Source: Acidimicrobiales bacterium | GTDB lineage: Bacteria; Actinomycetota; Acidimicrobiia; Acidimicrobiales; Bog-793 | Reading direction: 5' to 3' | Assembly (NCBI GenBank): GCA_052143575.1 | Contig: JBKQSP010000055.1 | Location: 4,880 to 68,879, forward strand | DNA length: 64,000 nucleotides | Shown: positions 55,274 to 64,000 of the stretch, piece after piece | Layout of the letters: each line of letters begins with the position of its first letter | How positions within the stretch are numbered: position 1 is the first letter of the stretch | Notes under the pieces: model-generated | Told to the model about the DNA's origin: nothing | Databases searched by the model: none | What the model saw: only the letters and a program-made list of their open reading frames with translations | Position numbers and translations under genes: made by a program

Positions 55274-55277
55274 GCGC

Positions 55278-55625
55278 TCAAAACGCTTGCTCGATCACCT
55301 CGACCTCACGGCCCCTCACGCAGGCGACGTCGAATCGGATGACGCTCGGGCGCGGCGGACCGAGGTTGGCGAGATAAACGGTCGCAAGACGACGGATGCG
55401 GCGCTGTTTCGCCGGCGTGACGGCCTCCGCGGCGCTCCCGAAGCGATCCGATAACCGCGTCTTCACTTCGCAGAACACGAGCTCGCGCCCGCGCCGCAGG
55501 ACGAGATCGATCTCCCCGCCCGCCACGCGCCAGTTGCGATCCACGATCTCGTAGTTCCGCTCGGCGTACCACGCTGCGGCGCGGGACTCCCCGTAACCGC
55601 CGAGCGCCTGCCGCCCGCTCGGCAC
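55278..55625 (-). CDS. yraN: YraN-family (UPF0102) endonuclease-like protein
   Basis: GESRAAAWYAERNYEIVDRNWRVAGGEIDLVLRRGRELVFCEVKTR is the UPF0102 core motif. Confidence 0.85.
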   Translation of the reverse strand: MPSGRQALGGYGESRAAAWYAERNYEIVDRNWRVAGGEIDLVLRRGRELVFCEVKTRLSDRFGSAAEAVTPAKQRRIRRLATVYLANLGPPRPSVIRFDVACVRGREVEVIEQAF

Positions 55626-55629
55626 GGAG

Positions 55630-55926
55630 TCAGGCGTCCGTCTCGGGCAGCGCCTCCACGTTGACGTCCCTGTAGGTGACCACTCGGACCGACGACACGA
55701 AACGAGCGGGACGGTACATGTCCCACACCCAGGCGTCCCCGATCTCGACCTCGAAATAGGTGGTGCCGGCGCCGGCGTGCGGAACGACCTTCACGTCGTT
55801 GGCAAGATAGAAGCGGCGCTCGGTCTCCACGACGTACTTGAACATCGGGAGCACGGCCCGGTACTCCTGGTACAGGGCAAGCTCGACTTCCGCCTCGAAT
55901 TGATCGAGGTCCTCTTCAGCACTCAT
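55630..55926 (-). CDS. DUF2469-family protein
   Basis: DLDQFEAEVELALYQEYRAVLPMFKYVVETERRFYLAN...WVWDMYRPARFV. This is a conserved actinobacterial family found next to yraN. Confidence 0.85.
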   Translation of the reverse strand: MSAEEDLDQFEAEVELALYQEYRAVLPMFKYVVETERRFYLANDVKVVPHAGAGTTYFEVEIGDAWVWDMYRPARFVSSVRVVTYRDVNVEALPETDA

Positions 55927-55977
55927 CGCGCTCCTCGGGACTGTGATGCGCTCTGCCGTGAGTTCACGACGGGCGGA

Positions 55978-56328
55978 TCAGCGGGCGACCCGCTTCTCCT
56001 TGATCTTGGCGGCCTTGCCGATCCGGTCGCGGAGGTAGTACAGCTTCGCCCGCCGGACATCGCCCTCGGTGACCCGCTCGATCCTCGAGTACAGGGGAGA
56101 GTGGATCGGGAAGGTCCTCTCCACGCCGACACCGAAGCTCACCTTGCGAACCGTGAAGGTCTCGCGCACCCCGGAGCCCTGCCGGCGGATGACGGCACCC
56201 TGGAAGACCTGGATGCGCTCACGGTTGCCCTCCACGACCCGCACGTGCACCTTGACCGTGTCCCCCGGCGAGAAGTCGGGGATGTCGTCACGCAGGTTCG
56301 CGCGGTCGACGAGATCGGTTGGGTTCAT
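55978..56328 (-). CDS. rplS: 50S ribosomal protein L19
   Basis: [63 protein letters not shown] at 56328. The longer ORF to 56928 is spurious. Confidence 0.95.
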   Translation of the reverse strand: MNPTDLVDRANLRDDIPDFSPGDTVKVHVRVVEGNRERIQVFQGAVIRRQGSGVRETFTVRKVSFGVGVERTFPIHSPLYSRIERVTEGDVRRAKLYYLRDRIGKAAKIKEKRVAR

Positions 56329-56500
56329 GACAACGCTCCTCAAGGCGGTCAGCGGATGCAGTAGCGAGAGTCGGTCGACGGCGAGTGCTGGGACAGCAGC
56401 ACGAGGGCAAGCGATCCGAGCCTGGAGCCGGCGTCTCGACCTGAACTCCTGGTAGGGACAGGATAGCCGGGCTTCGGGGTCCCCCGCACCCGCCAGGGCC

Positions 56501-57298
56501 CTACTCGAGCTCTGACGGCGAGCCGCCCCCGCCCATCTCGGCTCCCTCATCGTGTGCCGGCTCGAGACCGAACTCCCGCATGAGGTGCGCTTCTGCCTCC
56601 GAGAAGCCCCCTCGGGCCTCGATGAGATCCGGGCGGCGCTCCGCAGTCCGTCGCAGGGACTGCGCCAGCCTCCAACGAGCCACCTTGGCGTGATCGCCGC
56701 TGCGCAGGACTTCCGGCACCTCCCAGCCCCGGAACGAGGCCGGCCGCGTGTACTGCGGGTACTCGAGCAGGCCGGCGGTGAAGCTCTCCTCGCCGCTGGA
56801 CTCGTCGTTACCGAGCACGCCCGGCACGAGCCGAGACACCGCCTCGACGATGCTGAGCGCTGCCAGCTCCCCGCCGGCGAGGACGAAGTCGCCCACGGAC
56901 ACCTCGCCGTCGACGAGGTGATCCGCAATCCTCTGGTCGACTCCCTCGTAACGGCCGCACAGGAGGCTGAAGCGGCCGTGGGCGGCGAACTCGACGGCCA
57001 TGGGCTGATCGAAGCGGCGACCGCCTGGTGACATCAGGAGGAGGGGCCGGGGAGGATCGAGTAGCTCGACGGCGGCAAAGACGGGCTCGGGCGCCAGCAC
57101 CATGCCGGCGCCGCCGCCGAACGGGGCGTCGTCGACCGAGCGGTGAGGATCGCTGGCAGCCGATCGCAGGTCGTGCACCTGCACGTCGATGCTTCCAGCC
57201 CTGCGGGCGCGGCCGAGGATGCTCGCCTCGCAGTAGGCCCTCACGACGTCGGGAAAGATCGTGAGGATGTCGACGCGCAGCGGGGCGGCGTCGCTCAC
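56501..57298 (-). CDS. trmD: tRNA (guanine37-N1)-methyltransferase
   Basis: [35 protein letters not shown] and [19 protein letters not shown] at 57298 overlaps the rimM stop (GTGA). Confidence 0.95.
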   Translation of the reverse strand: MSDAAPLRVDILTIFPDVVRAYCEASILGRARRAGSIDVQVHDLRSAASDPHRSVDDAPFGGGAGMVLAPEPVFAAVELLDPPRPLLLMSPGGRRFDQPMAVEFAAHGRFSLLCGRYEGVDQRIADHLVDGEVSVGDFVLAGGELAALSIVEAVSRLVPGVLGNDESSGEESFTAGLLEYPQYTRPASFRGWEVPEVLRSGDHAKVARWRLAQSLRRTAERRPDLIEARGGFSEAEAHLMREFGLEPAHDEGAEMGGGGSPSELE

Positions 57299-57798
57299 TC
57301 GAAGAGACCCTCCGGCGCGTCGACGACGAGCTGCCGGCCGCGTCGCTCCACGAGGAAGCGAAGGGGGACGAGCCAGCCCGTCTCCCCGACGAGCAGGTCG
57401 CTCGCCGGGTTCGCCTCCACGGCGACCACGACGCCGTGGGAGGCGCCTGCGATGTCGATGACCTCGCTGCCGATCAGGTCGTGGACGAAGAGCGCCCCCG
57501 GGTCCTGCAAGGGTGGTGCGAGCAATTGAGCGCCTCGGAGCGCTTCTGCCGACTCGCGCGTCGATACGCCCTCGAAACACACGAGGTGACGGTGCTGGAA
57601 CGGCCGCGACGAGAGGACGGTCAGGTACGTCGCCTCAGAGCGGGGCGTGCCTGCCGGGCGCACGGCGAGGCGCTGCCCCGCGTCGATCCGCTCGACGCGG
57701 TTCGTGACGAGGTTCACCACGACCTCGCCACGCAAGCCATGGGCCTTCGTCACGTGCCCGACCTCGAGGAGGTCGTCGCAACCTATGGCCTCAGGCAC
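57295..57798 (-). CDS. rimM: 16S rRNA processing protein RimM
   Basis: LEVGHVTKAHGLRGEVVV (N-terminal beta-barrel) and a PRC-like C-terminus (HDLIGSEVIDIAG...VVAVEANPASDLLV). GTG 57798 avoids overlap with the KH gene. ATG 57864 is the ORF-track alternative. Confidence 0.85.
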   Translation of the reverse strand: MPEAIGCDDLLEVGHVTKAHGLRGEVVVNLVTNRVERIDAGQRLAVRPAGTPRSEATYLTVLSSRPFQHRHLVCFEGVSTRESAEALRGAQLLAPPLQDPGALFVHDLIGSEVIDIAGASHGVVVAVEANPASDLLVGETGWLVPLRFLVERRGRQLVVDAPEGLFE

Positions 57799-57811
57799 AG
57801 CCGACGCGTCG

Positions 57812-58327
57812 TCAGTCGACGATGTCGACGGACGCCTCCGTTCCGTCGCCGGCGGCCGCGGCACGCACGAGCGTGCGGATCGCTTGCGCCGTCCGTCCCT
57901 TGCGCCCGATGAGGCGGCCCATGTCTCCCTGCGCCACGTGTACCGAGAAGCGCAACCCGCCCCGCCCCTCGCTCACTTCCACCACGACGGAGTCCGGGTC
58001 GTCGACGAGGGCACGCGTGACGTGCTCGAGAACGGCCCTGGCGGCCGCACCGTGCACGCGGTTGACGGTGAGGTCGTCGTCGCCGTCCTCTCGATCGGCG
58101 GCCTCGCCTTCGTCCTCGTCGTCCTCTTCCTCTTCGTCGTCCTCGCCATCGTCCTCGACGTCGCCTGCTTCGTCCTCGACGTCGTCGGCCTCATCGTCGA
58201 CGTCGGCCTCATCGTCGAGAGCGTCCTCGGCATCCTCGTCGTCGTCCTCGTAGCCGTCGTCGGCGACGGAGCCTGCCGGCTGTGCACGGCTGAAATCCGG
58301 CTCCTCGAACATCGACCCTTCGTCCAT
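57812..58327 (-). CDS. KH-domain RNA-binding protein (YlqC/UPF0109-like) with a long polyacidic N-terminal extension
   Basis: The C-terminal ~75 aa, AARAVLEHVTRALVDDPDSVVVEV...HVAQGDMGRLIGRKGRTAQAIRTLV, contain the GxxG KH motif. They are preceded by about 95 aa of almost pure D/E/A/G. Confidence 0.8.
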   Translation of the reverse strand: MDEGSMFEEPDFSRAQPAGSVADDGYEDDDEDAEDALDDEADVDDEADDVEDEAGDVEDDGEDDEEEEDDEDEGEAADREDGDDDLTVNRVHGAAARAVLEHVTRALVDDPDSVVVEVSEGRGGLRFSVHVAQGDMGRLIGRKGRTAQAIRTLVRAAAAGDGTEASVDIVD

Positions 58328-58332
58328 GGCTC

Positions 58333-58719
58333 TCAACCTTCCTCGGCGTCAGTTGCGGCAGGCGCCGCCTTTGCTGCCGCAGGCTTCTTCTTCGGGGTCG
58401 CTTTGCCGGCAGGGCCCTTGCGGGAGGGGCGGGTGCGATCCTTCGCCGGCTTGGCCGAGCGGGTCGCCTGGTACTCGCTCCAGACGCCGGAGATCTCGAG
58501 GAGCTTGCGCACGGTCTCGGTCGGCTGTGCCCCCTTCGCCAACCATTCGAGGGCCTTGTCGCTCTTGACGGTGATCTCGGAAGGGTCCGAGCGCGGCGCG
58601 TAGGTGCCGACGATCTCGATGAATCGACCGTCGCGGGGCGAGCGGCTGTCTGCGGCGACGATTCGGTACGTCGGTTGCTTCTTCTTGCCTACGCGCATGA
58701 GGCGGAGCTTGACGGACAA
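58333..58719 (-). CDS. rpsP: 30S ribosomal protein S16 (with a basic C-terminal tail)
   Basis: MSVKLRLMRVGKKKQPTYRIVAADSRSPRDGRFIEIVGTYAP. Confidence 0.95.
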   Translation of the reverse strand: MSVKLRLMRVGKKKQPTYRIVAADSRSPRDGRFIEIVGTYAPRSDPSEITVKSDKALEWLAKGAQPTETVRKLLEISGVWSEYQATRSAKPAKDRTRPSRKGPAGKATPKKKPAAAKAAPAATDAEEG

Positions 58720-58771
58720 GGGTTTCTCTTTCTGTTGATTCGAATCGATCAGTTGCCGGACCGGCGCACGC

Positions 58772-60148
58772 CTAGCGCGTGCCCCGGCTCGATGGAGTGA
58801 ATCGGCCGCCCTTTTGCTTGCTCTTGCCGGGTTTCTTGGCGGTGCCGTTCACCATGCGGCTCATCGGCCCGAGGGACCGAACCATCTTCTGCATCTCCTT
58901 GAACTGCTTGAGCAGATTGTTGACCTCCGTCGTGGAGGTGCCGCTGCCGTTGGCGATGCGAAGACGTCTCGTACCGTCGATGACCGTCAGGCCGCGGCGC
59001 TCGTCCGGCGTCATCGACTTGATGATCGCCTCGACCCGACCGACGTCCTTGTCGTCGATCTTGGCATCTCGGAAATCTTTCGGCACGCCGGGCAGCATGC
59101 CGAGCATGCCCTGCAGGGGCCCGATCCGCTTGATCTGCTGCAGTTGCTCGAGAAAGTCCTCGAAGGAGAACTGCCCGGCCATGAGCCGCTCGGTGGCCTT
59201 CTCGGCCACCTTGGAGTCGTATTCGCGCTCCGCCTTCTCGATGAGGCTGAGCACGTCGCCCATCCCGAGGATGCGGCTGGCGAGGCGATCCGGGTGGAAG
59301 ATCTCGAATTCGGACGTCCGCTCGCCCTCGGAGACAAAGGCGATCGGCTTGCCGACGACCTGCTTGACCGAAAGCGCTGCGCCCCCGCGGGCATCGCCGT
59401 CGACCTTGGTGAGGATGACGCCGTCGAGGGCGAGGGCGTCGTTGAAGGCTTCCGCCGTCCGCACGGCGTCCTGGCCGGTCATGGCGTCGACGACGAAGAA
59501 CGTGTAGTCCGGATCGATGGCCTGCGAGATCGCCTTCACCTCGGCCATGAGGGCGTCGTCGATGGCAAGGCGGCCGGCGGTGTCCACGATCACGACGTCA
59601 CGACCGAGCCGCAGTGCTTCGGCCACACCCTTGCGGGCGACGCTGACGGGATCGCTCGGCTCGGAGAAGACGGGAACGCCGACGTCGGGATCCTCTCCGA
59701 GGATGCGCAGCTGCTCGACGGCGGCCGGGCGCTGCAGGTCAGCGGCGATGAGAAGGGGCCGGCGGCCCTGCCTCTTGAACCAGCGAGCCAGCTTGGCGGC
59801 CGCCGTCGTCTTGCCGGAGCCCTGCAGGCCGGCCAGTAGCACGACGGTCGGCGGCTTGGAGGCGTAATGGATCTTGAGCGGCTCGCCGCCGAGGGTGCTC
59901 GTGAGCTCCTCGTTGACGACCTTGATGACTTGCTGAGCAGGCGTGAGGCTCTTCGAGAGCTCCGCACCGCTGCAGCGCGCCCGAATGCGCTCGATGAGGT
60001 CCCTGACGACGTTCAGGTTGACGTCGGCCTCGAGGAGGGCCACCCGGATCTCCCGGAGGACCTCGTTGACCTCGGCGTCGCCAAGACGCCCGCGGCTACG
60101 CAGGCTCTTGAGGATCCCCTCGAAGCGGTCGGTCAGCGTCTCGAACAT
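58772..60148 (-). CDS. ffh: Signal recognition particle protein Ffh
   Basis: MFETLTDRFEGILKSL, the GTPase motifs LLAGLQGSGKTT, DTAGR and TKVDGD, and the Met-rich M domain (MLGMLPGVP). ATG at 60148. Confidence 0.95.
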   Translation of the reverse strand: MFETLTDRFEGILKSLRSRGRLGDAEVNEVLREIRVALLEADVNLNVVRDLIERIRARCSGAELSKSLTPAQQVIKVVNEELTSTLGGEPLKIHYASKPPTVVLLAGLQGSGKTTAAAKLARWFKRQGRRPLLIAADLQRPAAVEQLRILGEDPDVGVPVFSEPSDPVSVARKGVAEALRLGRDVVIVDTAGRLAIDDALMAEVKAISQAIDPDYTFFVVDAMTGQDAVRTAEAFNDALALDGVILTKVDGDARGGAALSVKQVVGKPIAFVSEGERTSEFEIFHPDRLASRILGMGDVLSLIEKAEREYDSKVAEKATERLMAGQFSFEDFLEQLQQIKRIGPLQGMLGMLPGVPKDFRDAKIDDKDVGRVEAIIKSMTPDERRGLTVIDGTRRLRIANGSGTSTTEVNNLLKQFKEMQKMVRSLGPMSRMVNGTAKKPGKSKQKGGRFTPSSRGTR

Positions 60149-60192
60149 GAGCCTTGCCAGGTTAGTCGGGGCGGAGGCCTGCCCCGGGACCG

Positions 60193-61308
60193 TCAGCCGA
60201 AGAGAGCTGCCACGAACTCGGCCGCATCGAAGTGGACGAGGTCGGCGGCCGTCTCTCCGACTCCTACCAGCTTGATCGGCAGACCGAGCTCGCTGCGGAT
60301 GGCGAGGACGACACCACCCTTGGCCGTCCCGTCCAGCTTCGTGAGGACAACCCCGGTGACGGCGACGGCTTCGGTGAACTGTTTGGCCTGCACGAGACCG
60401 TTCTGGCCGGTCGTGGCGTCGAGGACGAGGAGGACCTCGGTGAGCTGCCCGGGCGGCCGTTCCGCCACGCGGCGGACCTTGCGCAGCTCCTCCATGAGGT
60501 TGATCTTCGTGTGGAGCCGTCCGGCCGTGTCGGCCAGCACGAGATCGGCGCCGCGGGCGGCGGCGTGGGCGACGGCGTCGAAGATGACCGACGACGGGTC
60601 GGCGCCGTCGGCGCCCCGGATGAGCGTGGCGTCGGCTCGCTCCGCCCACGTCTCGAGCTGCTCGCCGGCCGCCGCCCGGAAGGTGTCGCCCGCTGCCAGC
60701 ACGACCGTGCGGCCCTCGGCACGCTCGCGGGCGGCCACCTTGCCGATCGTTGTCGTCTTGCCGACGCCGTTCACGCCGACGAACAGCCACACGGTGGGGC
60801 CCTCACCGTCCCCGTAGGAAAGGGCCGGCTCGTCGCCCGCAAAGATCGCCTCGAGGTCCGCCCGCAACGCCGCCAGCAGGGCTTCCGGCGTCTTTTCGAC
60901 CTCTCCCGACCGCACGCTCGCCTTCAGCTCGTCGAGTACCCTCGTCGTGGTGGCGATGCCGGCGTCCGCTAGCAGGAGGGCTTCTTCGAGCTCCTCGAAG
61001 GTGGTGTCGTCGACGGCCCTGCCCCGGATGCCGTCCAAATAGCCGCCGAGCAGCTGGCGGGCTTTGCCGAGCCGGTCGCGCAGCGCCGGGCGCCCCGCCA
61101 GGACAGCCTCGGCGGCGGGCACTTCTTCGACCTCGGCCGCCTCGCCCGGTGGGGCGATGACCTGCGTCGCCGAGGATCCCGGACCCGCCACGGGAGGGAG
61201 GGCCACGCGAGGTCGCGCCCGCAGGCGGCGAGAACGGCTCGACACGCCGATGCCGACGCCGAGCAGGACGACGACGAAAACGGCAACGAGGACGATGACG
61301 AGGACCAT
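60193..61308 (-). CDS. ftsY: SRP receptor FtsY with an N-terminal membrane anchor
   Basis: The N-terminal TM helix is MVLVIVLVAVFVVVLLGVGIGV. The NG-domain motifs are FVGVNGVGKTTT, DTAGRL and TKLDGTAKGG. Confidence 0.95.
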   Translation of the reverse strand: MVLVIVLVAVFVVVLLGVGIGVSSRSRRLRARPRVALPPVAGPGSSATQVIAPPGEAAEVEEVPAAEAVLAGRPALRDRLGKARQLLGGYLDGIRGRAVDDTTFEELEEALLLADAGIATTTRVLDELKASVRSGEVEKTPEALLAALRADLEAIFAGDEPALSYGDGEGPTVWLFVGVNGVGKTTTIGKVAARERAEGRTVVLAAGDTFRAAAGEQLETWAERADATLIRGADGADPSSVIFDAVAHAAARGADLVLADTAGRLHTKINLMEELRKVRRVAERPPGQLTEVLLVLDATTGQNGLVQAKQFTEAVAVTGVVLTKLDGTAKGGVVLAIRSELGLPIKLVGVGETAADLVHFDAAEFVAALFG

Positions 61309-61458
61309 GGCCGGGCGAGCCTACCGGTGCTGGCCGAAGAGCACTTTCGCCCTCGCCGGCGGCCTCGTCGGCAATTCTGGCCACGGTCGAGCGGCGCCGG
61401 CGCCGGCCGTGCGAGCCCCGGTCGAGCGTCCCTCCGGCGCGCCGCCAGCCAGCCGCGC

Positions 61459-64000
61459 TCAGCCCGTTCGGGTAGTCCTCGACGCAGCGAGCCGCTCGCT
61501 CACGACCTTGGAGGCGCCGCCCGGTTGCAAGGTGACGCCGTAGAGAACGTCGGCGGACTCCATCGTGCGCTTCTGGTGGGAGACGACGAGGAGCTGCGCC
61601 TCGCTCCGGAATTCGTCCATGAGGTCGAGGAAGCGGTGGAGGTTGATGTCGTCGAGGGCGGCCTCGACTTCGTCCATCAGGTAGAAGGGCGACGGCCGGC
61701 TGCGGAACACGGCGAACAGGAAGGCGAGGGCGACGAGGGAGCGCTCCCCGCCGGAGAGCAGCGAGAGGCGGCGCACGTTGCGGCCCGCCGGGCGTGCCTC
61801 GATCTCGACACCCGTGGCGAGCAGGTCGTTCGGGTCGATGAGGCTGAGACGCCCCGTGCCACCGGGGAACAGGGTGGAGAAGAGCGCCTCGAAGTGGCGC
61901 GCCACGTCCGCAAAAGCCTCCGTGAACCCGTTGACGATCTCCTCGTCGACCGCACGTACGACTCGCGACAGCTCGCGGCGGGCGGCCCGTACGTCGTCGA
62001 GCTGCCCGGCGAGGAAGCGGTCACGTTCCTCGAGGGCGGCCAGCTCCTCGAGGGCAAGCGGGTTGACGGGGCCGAGCAGGCGCAGCTCGCGGTCGAGCTC
62101 GCGCAGACGTGCCGCCGCCGGCGTCCCCGGTGGGAGCTCGGGGCACGGCGCCGCCATGGCCTCTGCCGGCTCGGTCTCGAGATCGTTGCGGAGCGTCTGG
62201 ACGGCTGCCTCCAGGCGCACGCGCAGCTCGGCCAGCTCGAGCTCCACGCGCTGCAACCGCTCACGAACGCCGGCGAGCTCACGCTCGGCGCCCGTGCGGG
62301 CCGCCCGCGCCTCGGACAAGCGGCTCGTGATGGAAGCGACGGCGGCGTCGTGCACGGAGCGGCGTTCCCGCAGCACGGCGAGCACGGCGGCCAGCTCGCT
62401 GCGCAGGTCGTCCACGGCCGCCGCCAGGCGCTCGAGCGCCCGCGTCGAGGTCTCGAGGGCCTGACGCCGGCCGGTCGCCTCGGCGCGGGCCGTCTCGTAC
62501 CCGCTGAGCCTGGCCTCGACCTGGCGATGGCGATCGCCCAGCATGCTCTGGCGTTCGTCGAGGCCGGCGGCCCGGATCTCCCAGTCGGCACGGCTGGAGG
62601 CGAGCGATCGCGCCCACTCGTCGAGGCGGCGGCGCTCAGCGGCGGCCACCTCGGCGACGTCCGCAATGTCCCGCTCGAATTGCTCGGCAAGGGCCAGCTC
62701 GGCCTCGCCCGCCTCGAGGGCGGCCCCCAGCACCGACACCTGGCGCCGGAGCTCCCCGAGGCCGGCCGAAGCGAGCGGCACCTGCTCGCGCAGCAGCTGC
62801 AGGCGCCGAGCCAGCTCCTGTTGCTGCGCCTTGCACTGCCGCTCCTCGGCCGAGGCTGTGGCGAATCGACGCCCCGACTCGGAGGCGTCCTCCCGCTCCA
62901 GCGCGTAGGCCTGGCGGGCCGCTTCGGCGAGCGCCCGAGCCTCCGCCGCCTCCCCCTCGGCCAAGACGGCGTCGAGGCGAACGACCTCGAGGGCGGCCTT
63001 CGTGGCGCCTGCCCGCCCGGCCCCGAGGCGCCACTCGTCTGCAGAGAAGCGGTCCCCCTCCAAGGTGACGACGACAATGCCGGCGGGGAGGGTCTCGACG
63101 AGATCGAGAGCCGTGGCGAGATCGCGGCGGCACAGCACGACGCCGGCGAGCAAGCGGTCGAGGAGGGGGTCGACGGCGGCGTGGGTCGCCCGCACGCACG
63201 AGCGCAGCAGCTCGGTTCCGGCCGGCGCGCTCGGGAGCCCGGCGGGCGGGACCCCGGGCTCGGCTCGCACGACCGATCCGTCGATCCCGCAGCTGCGGAG
63301 GTGCTCGATGGCGCTGCGGGCCTCGCCGGAGCCCTCGACGACGACGGCCCTGAGCGCCTCGGAGACGCCCGCCTCAAAAGCCAGCTCGCAACCTTCGTCG
63401 AGCTCGACGACGTCGAGGAGGGTGCCGAGGACGCCCGGGCGGCCGGCGAGGTGTTCGACGCCGGCCCGCGCATGGGCCTCGTCGAGCGCCATCTGGAGCG
63501 CATGGGCGCGGGCGGCGAGGCCCTGCGAGCGCTCGACAGCCTCACGAGCGGTCGCCTCCGTCGTCATCACGGCGGCCGCTGCCGCCCGTTCGGCGTCCTC
63601 GGCGGCGATGAGGAGCCCTCGGGCGGCATCGGTCTCGCCGCGACGGCGATCGGCGTCGAGATCCGCCTGAGCGACGGCGACCTCCAGCTCGGCGACCTGA
63701 TGAGCGAGCGCAGACTCGCGCTCGGCGGCAGCGGCGAGCGCCTCGCGGGCCGCGGCCAGCTCGTCGCGCACGCCGTCGCGCAGCCGTCGCAGGCGGGCGG
63801 CCTCACCGGCAGCCTCCACGGGCGATGCACCTCCGGCCGGGTACTGGCGGCCCGCCCACACCTCCTCGGCGGCGGCGAGGTCATCGGCTTCGGTCTGCAG
63901 CGCCAGCCGCTCCGGCCGTAGGCCGTCGGCCAGGGCCGAGGTCTCGGCCAGCTCGGCCTCGATGCGGGCGGCCTCCGCCTCGAGGGAGGCGACGACGTCG
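61459..64000 (-). CDS. smc: Chromosome partition protein SMC, C-terminal ~845 aa (continues beyond the window)
   Basis: The C-terminal ABC signature and Walker B are LSLLSGGERSLVALAFLFAVF...PFYLMDEVEAALDD. There is a long Ala/Glu/Arg/Leu coiled coil. The reading frame stays open from 63861 to 64000. Confidence 0.92.
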   Translation of the reverse strand, partial: DVVASLEAEAARIEAELAETSALADGLRPERLALQTEADDLAAAEEVWAGRQYPAGGASPVEAAGEAARLRRLRDGVRDELAAAREALAAAAERESALAHQVAELEVAVAQADLDADRRRGETDAARGLLIAAEDAERAAAAAVMTTEATAREAVERSQGLAARAHALQMALDEAHARAGVEHLAGRPGVLGTLLDVVELDEGCELAFEAGVSEALRAVVVEGSGEARSAIEHLRSCGIDGSVVRAEPGVPPAGLPSAPAGTELLRSCVRATHAAVDPLLDRLLAGVVLCRRDLATALDLVETLPAGIVVVTLEGDRFSADEWRLGAGRAGATKAALEVVRLDAVLAEGEAAEARALAEAARQAYALEREDASESGRRFATASAEERQCKAQQQELARRLQLLREQVPLASAGLGELRRQVSVLGAALEAGEAELALAEQFERDIADVAEVAAAERRRLDEWARSLASSRADWEIRAAGLDERQSMLGDRHRQVEARLSGYETARAEATGRRQALETSTRALERLAAAVDDLRSELAAVLAVLRERRSVHDAAVASITSRLSEARAARTGAERELAGVRERLQRVELELAELRVRLEAAVQTLRNDLETEPAEAMAAPCPELPPGTPAAARLRELDRELRLLGPVNPLALEELAALEERDRFLAGQLDDVRAARRELSRVVRAVDEEIVNGFTEAFADVARHFEALFSTLFPGGTGRLSLIDPNDLLATGVEIEARPAGRNVRRLSLLSGGERSLVALAFLFAVFRSRPSPFYLMDEVEAALDDINLHRFLDLMDEFRSEAQLLVVSHQKRTMESADVLYGVTLQPGGASKVVSERLAASRTTRTG

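Noticed and set aside
56329-56500. Possible ribosomal-protein leader RNA in the 172-nt gap between trmD and rplS.
   Set aside because: Only short generic hairpins are seen (for example GTGCTG-ctgtcc-CAGCAC). I know of no actinobacterial L19 leader motif to compare with, so the evidence is insufficient to call a feature.
58080-58290. Low-complexity GAC/GAG-rich DNA as a non-coding microsatellite.
   Set aside because: It stays in frame with the downstream KH domain and encodes a continuous Asp/Glu tract. It is treated as a coding low-complexity extension (see findings).

Overview
The window is a high-GC (about 70%) chromosomal segment with Actinomycetota-type synteny. Most of it is housekeeping genes on the minus strand, many joined by 1-4 nt start/stop overlaps (ATGA, GTGA, TGATG). 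Conserved blocks are ispE-rsmA-tatD-metG-rsmI, pepN, dxs, a complete kdp locus, ald, dprA-comM, and yraN-DUF2469-rplS-trmD-rimM-KH-rpsP-ffh-ftsY-smc. Three genes fall below the ORF-track cut-off: ribosomal proteins bS22 (3191-3292) and bL37 (8780-8863), and kdpF. One tRNA-Gln(UUG) is present. I found no rRNA and no CRISPR array.

The regions that stand out are:
- An ECF sigma factor coupled to a membrane protein built from at least 7 tandem repeats of about 50 aa. The protein is broken by two -1 frameshifts, one of them in a C7 homopolymer.
- A glycosyltransferase, methyltransferase and alpha/alpha-toroid gene cluster, with a second methyltransferase converging on it.
- An NRAMP-related transporter with a non-canonical metal site, 17 nt downstream of a soluble PRC/MgtE_N/CBS protein.
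- A 1612-bp IS630-family element with TA duplications and a passenger ORF, inserted exactly at a stop codon.
- A kdp locus whose KdpD sensor is split into two cistrons. The N-terminal half is fused to an OB-fold domain, and an extra micro-ORF and direct-repeat operator candidates lie upstream.
- A roughly 4.5-kb block, partly lower in GC, inserted between yraN and comM.

All calls rest on reading the translated ORFs and the DNA. No database searches were run, and family names come from recognised motifs and memory.
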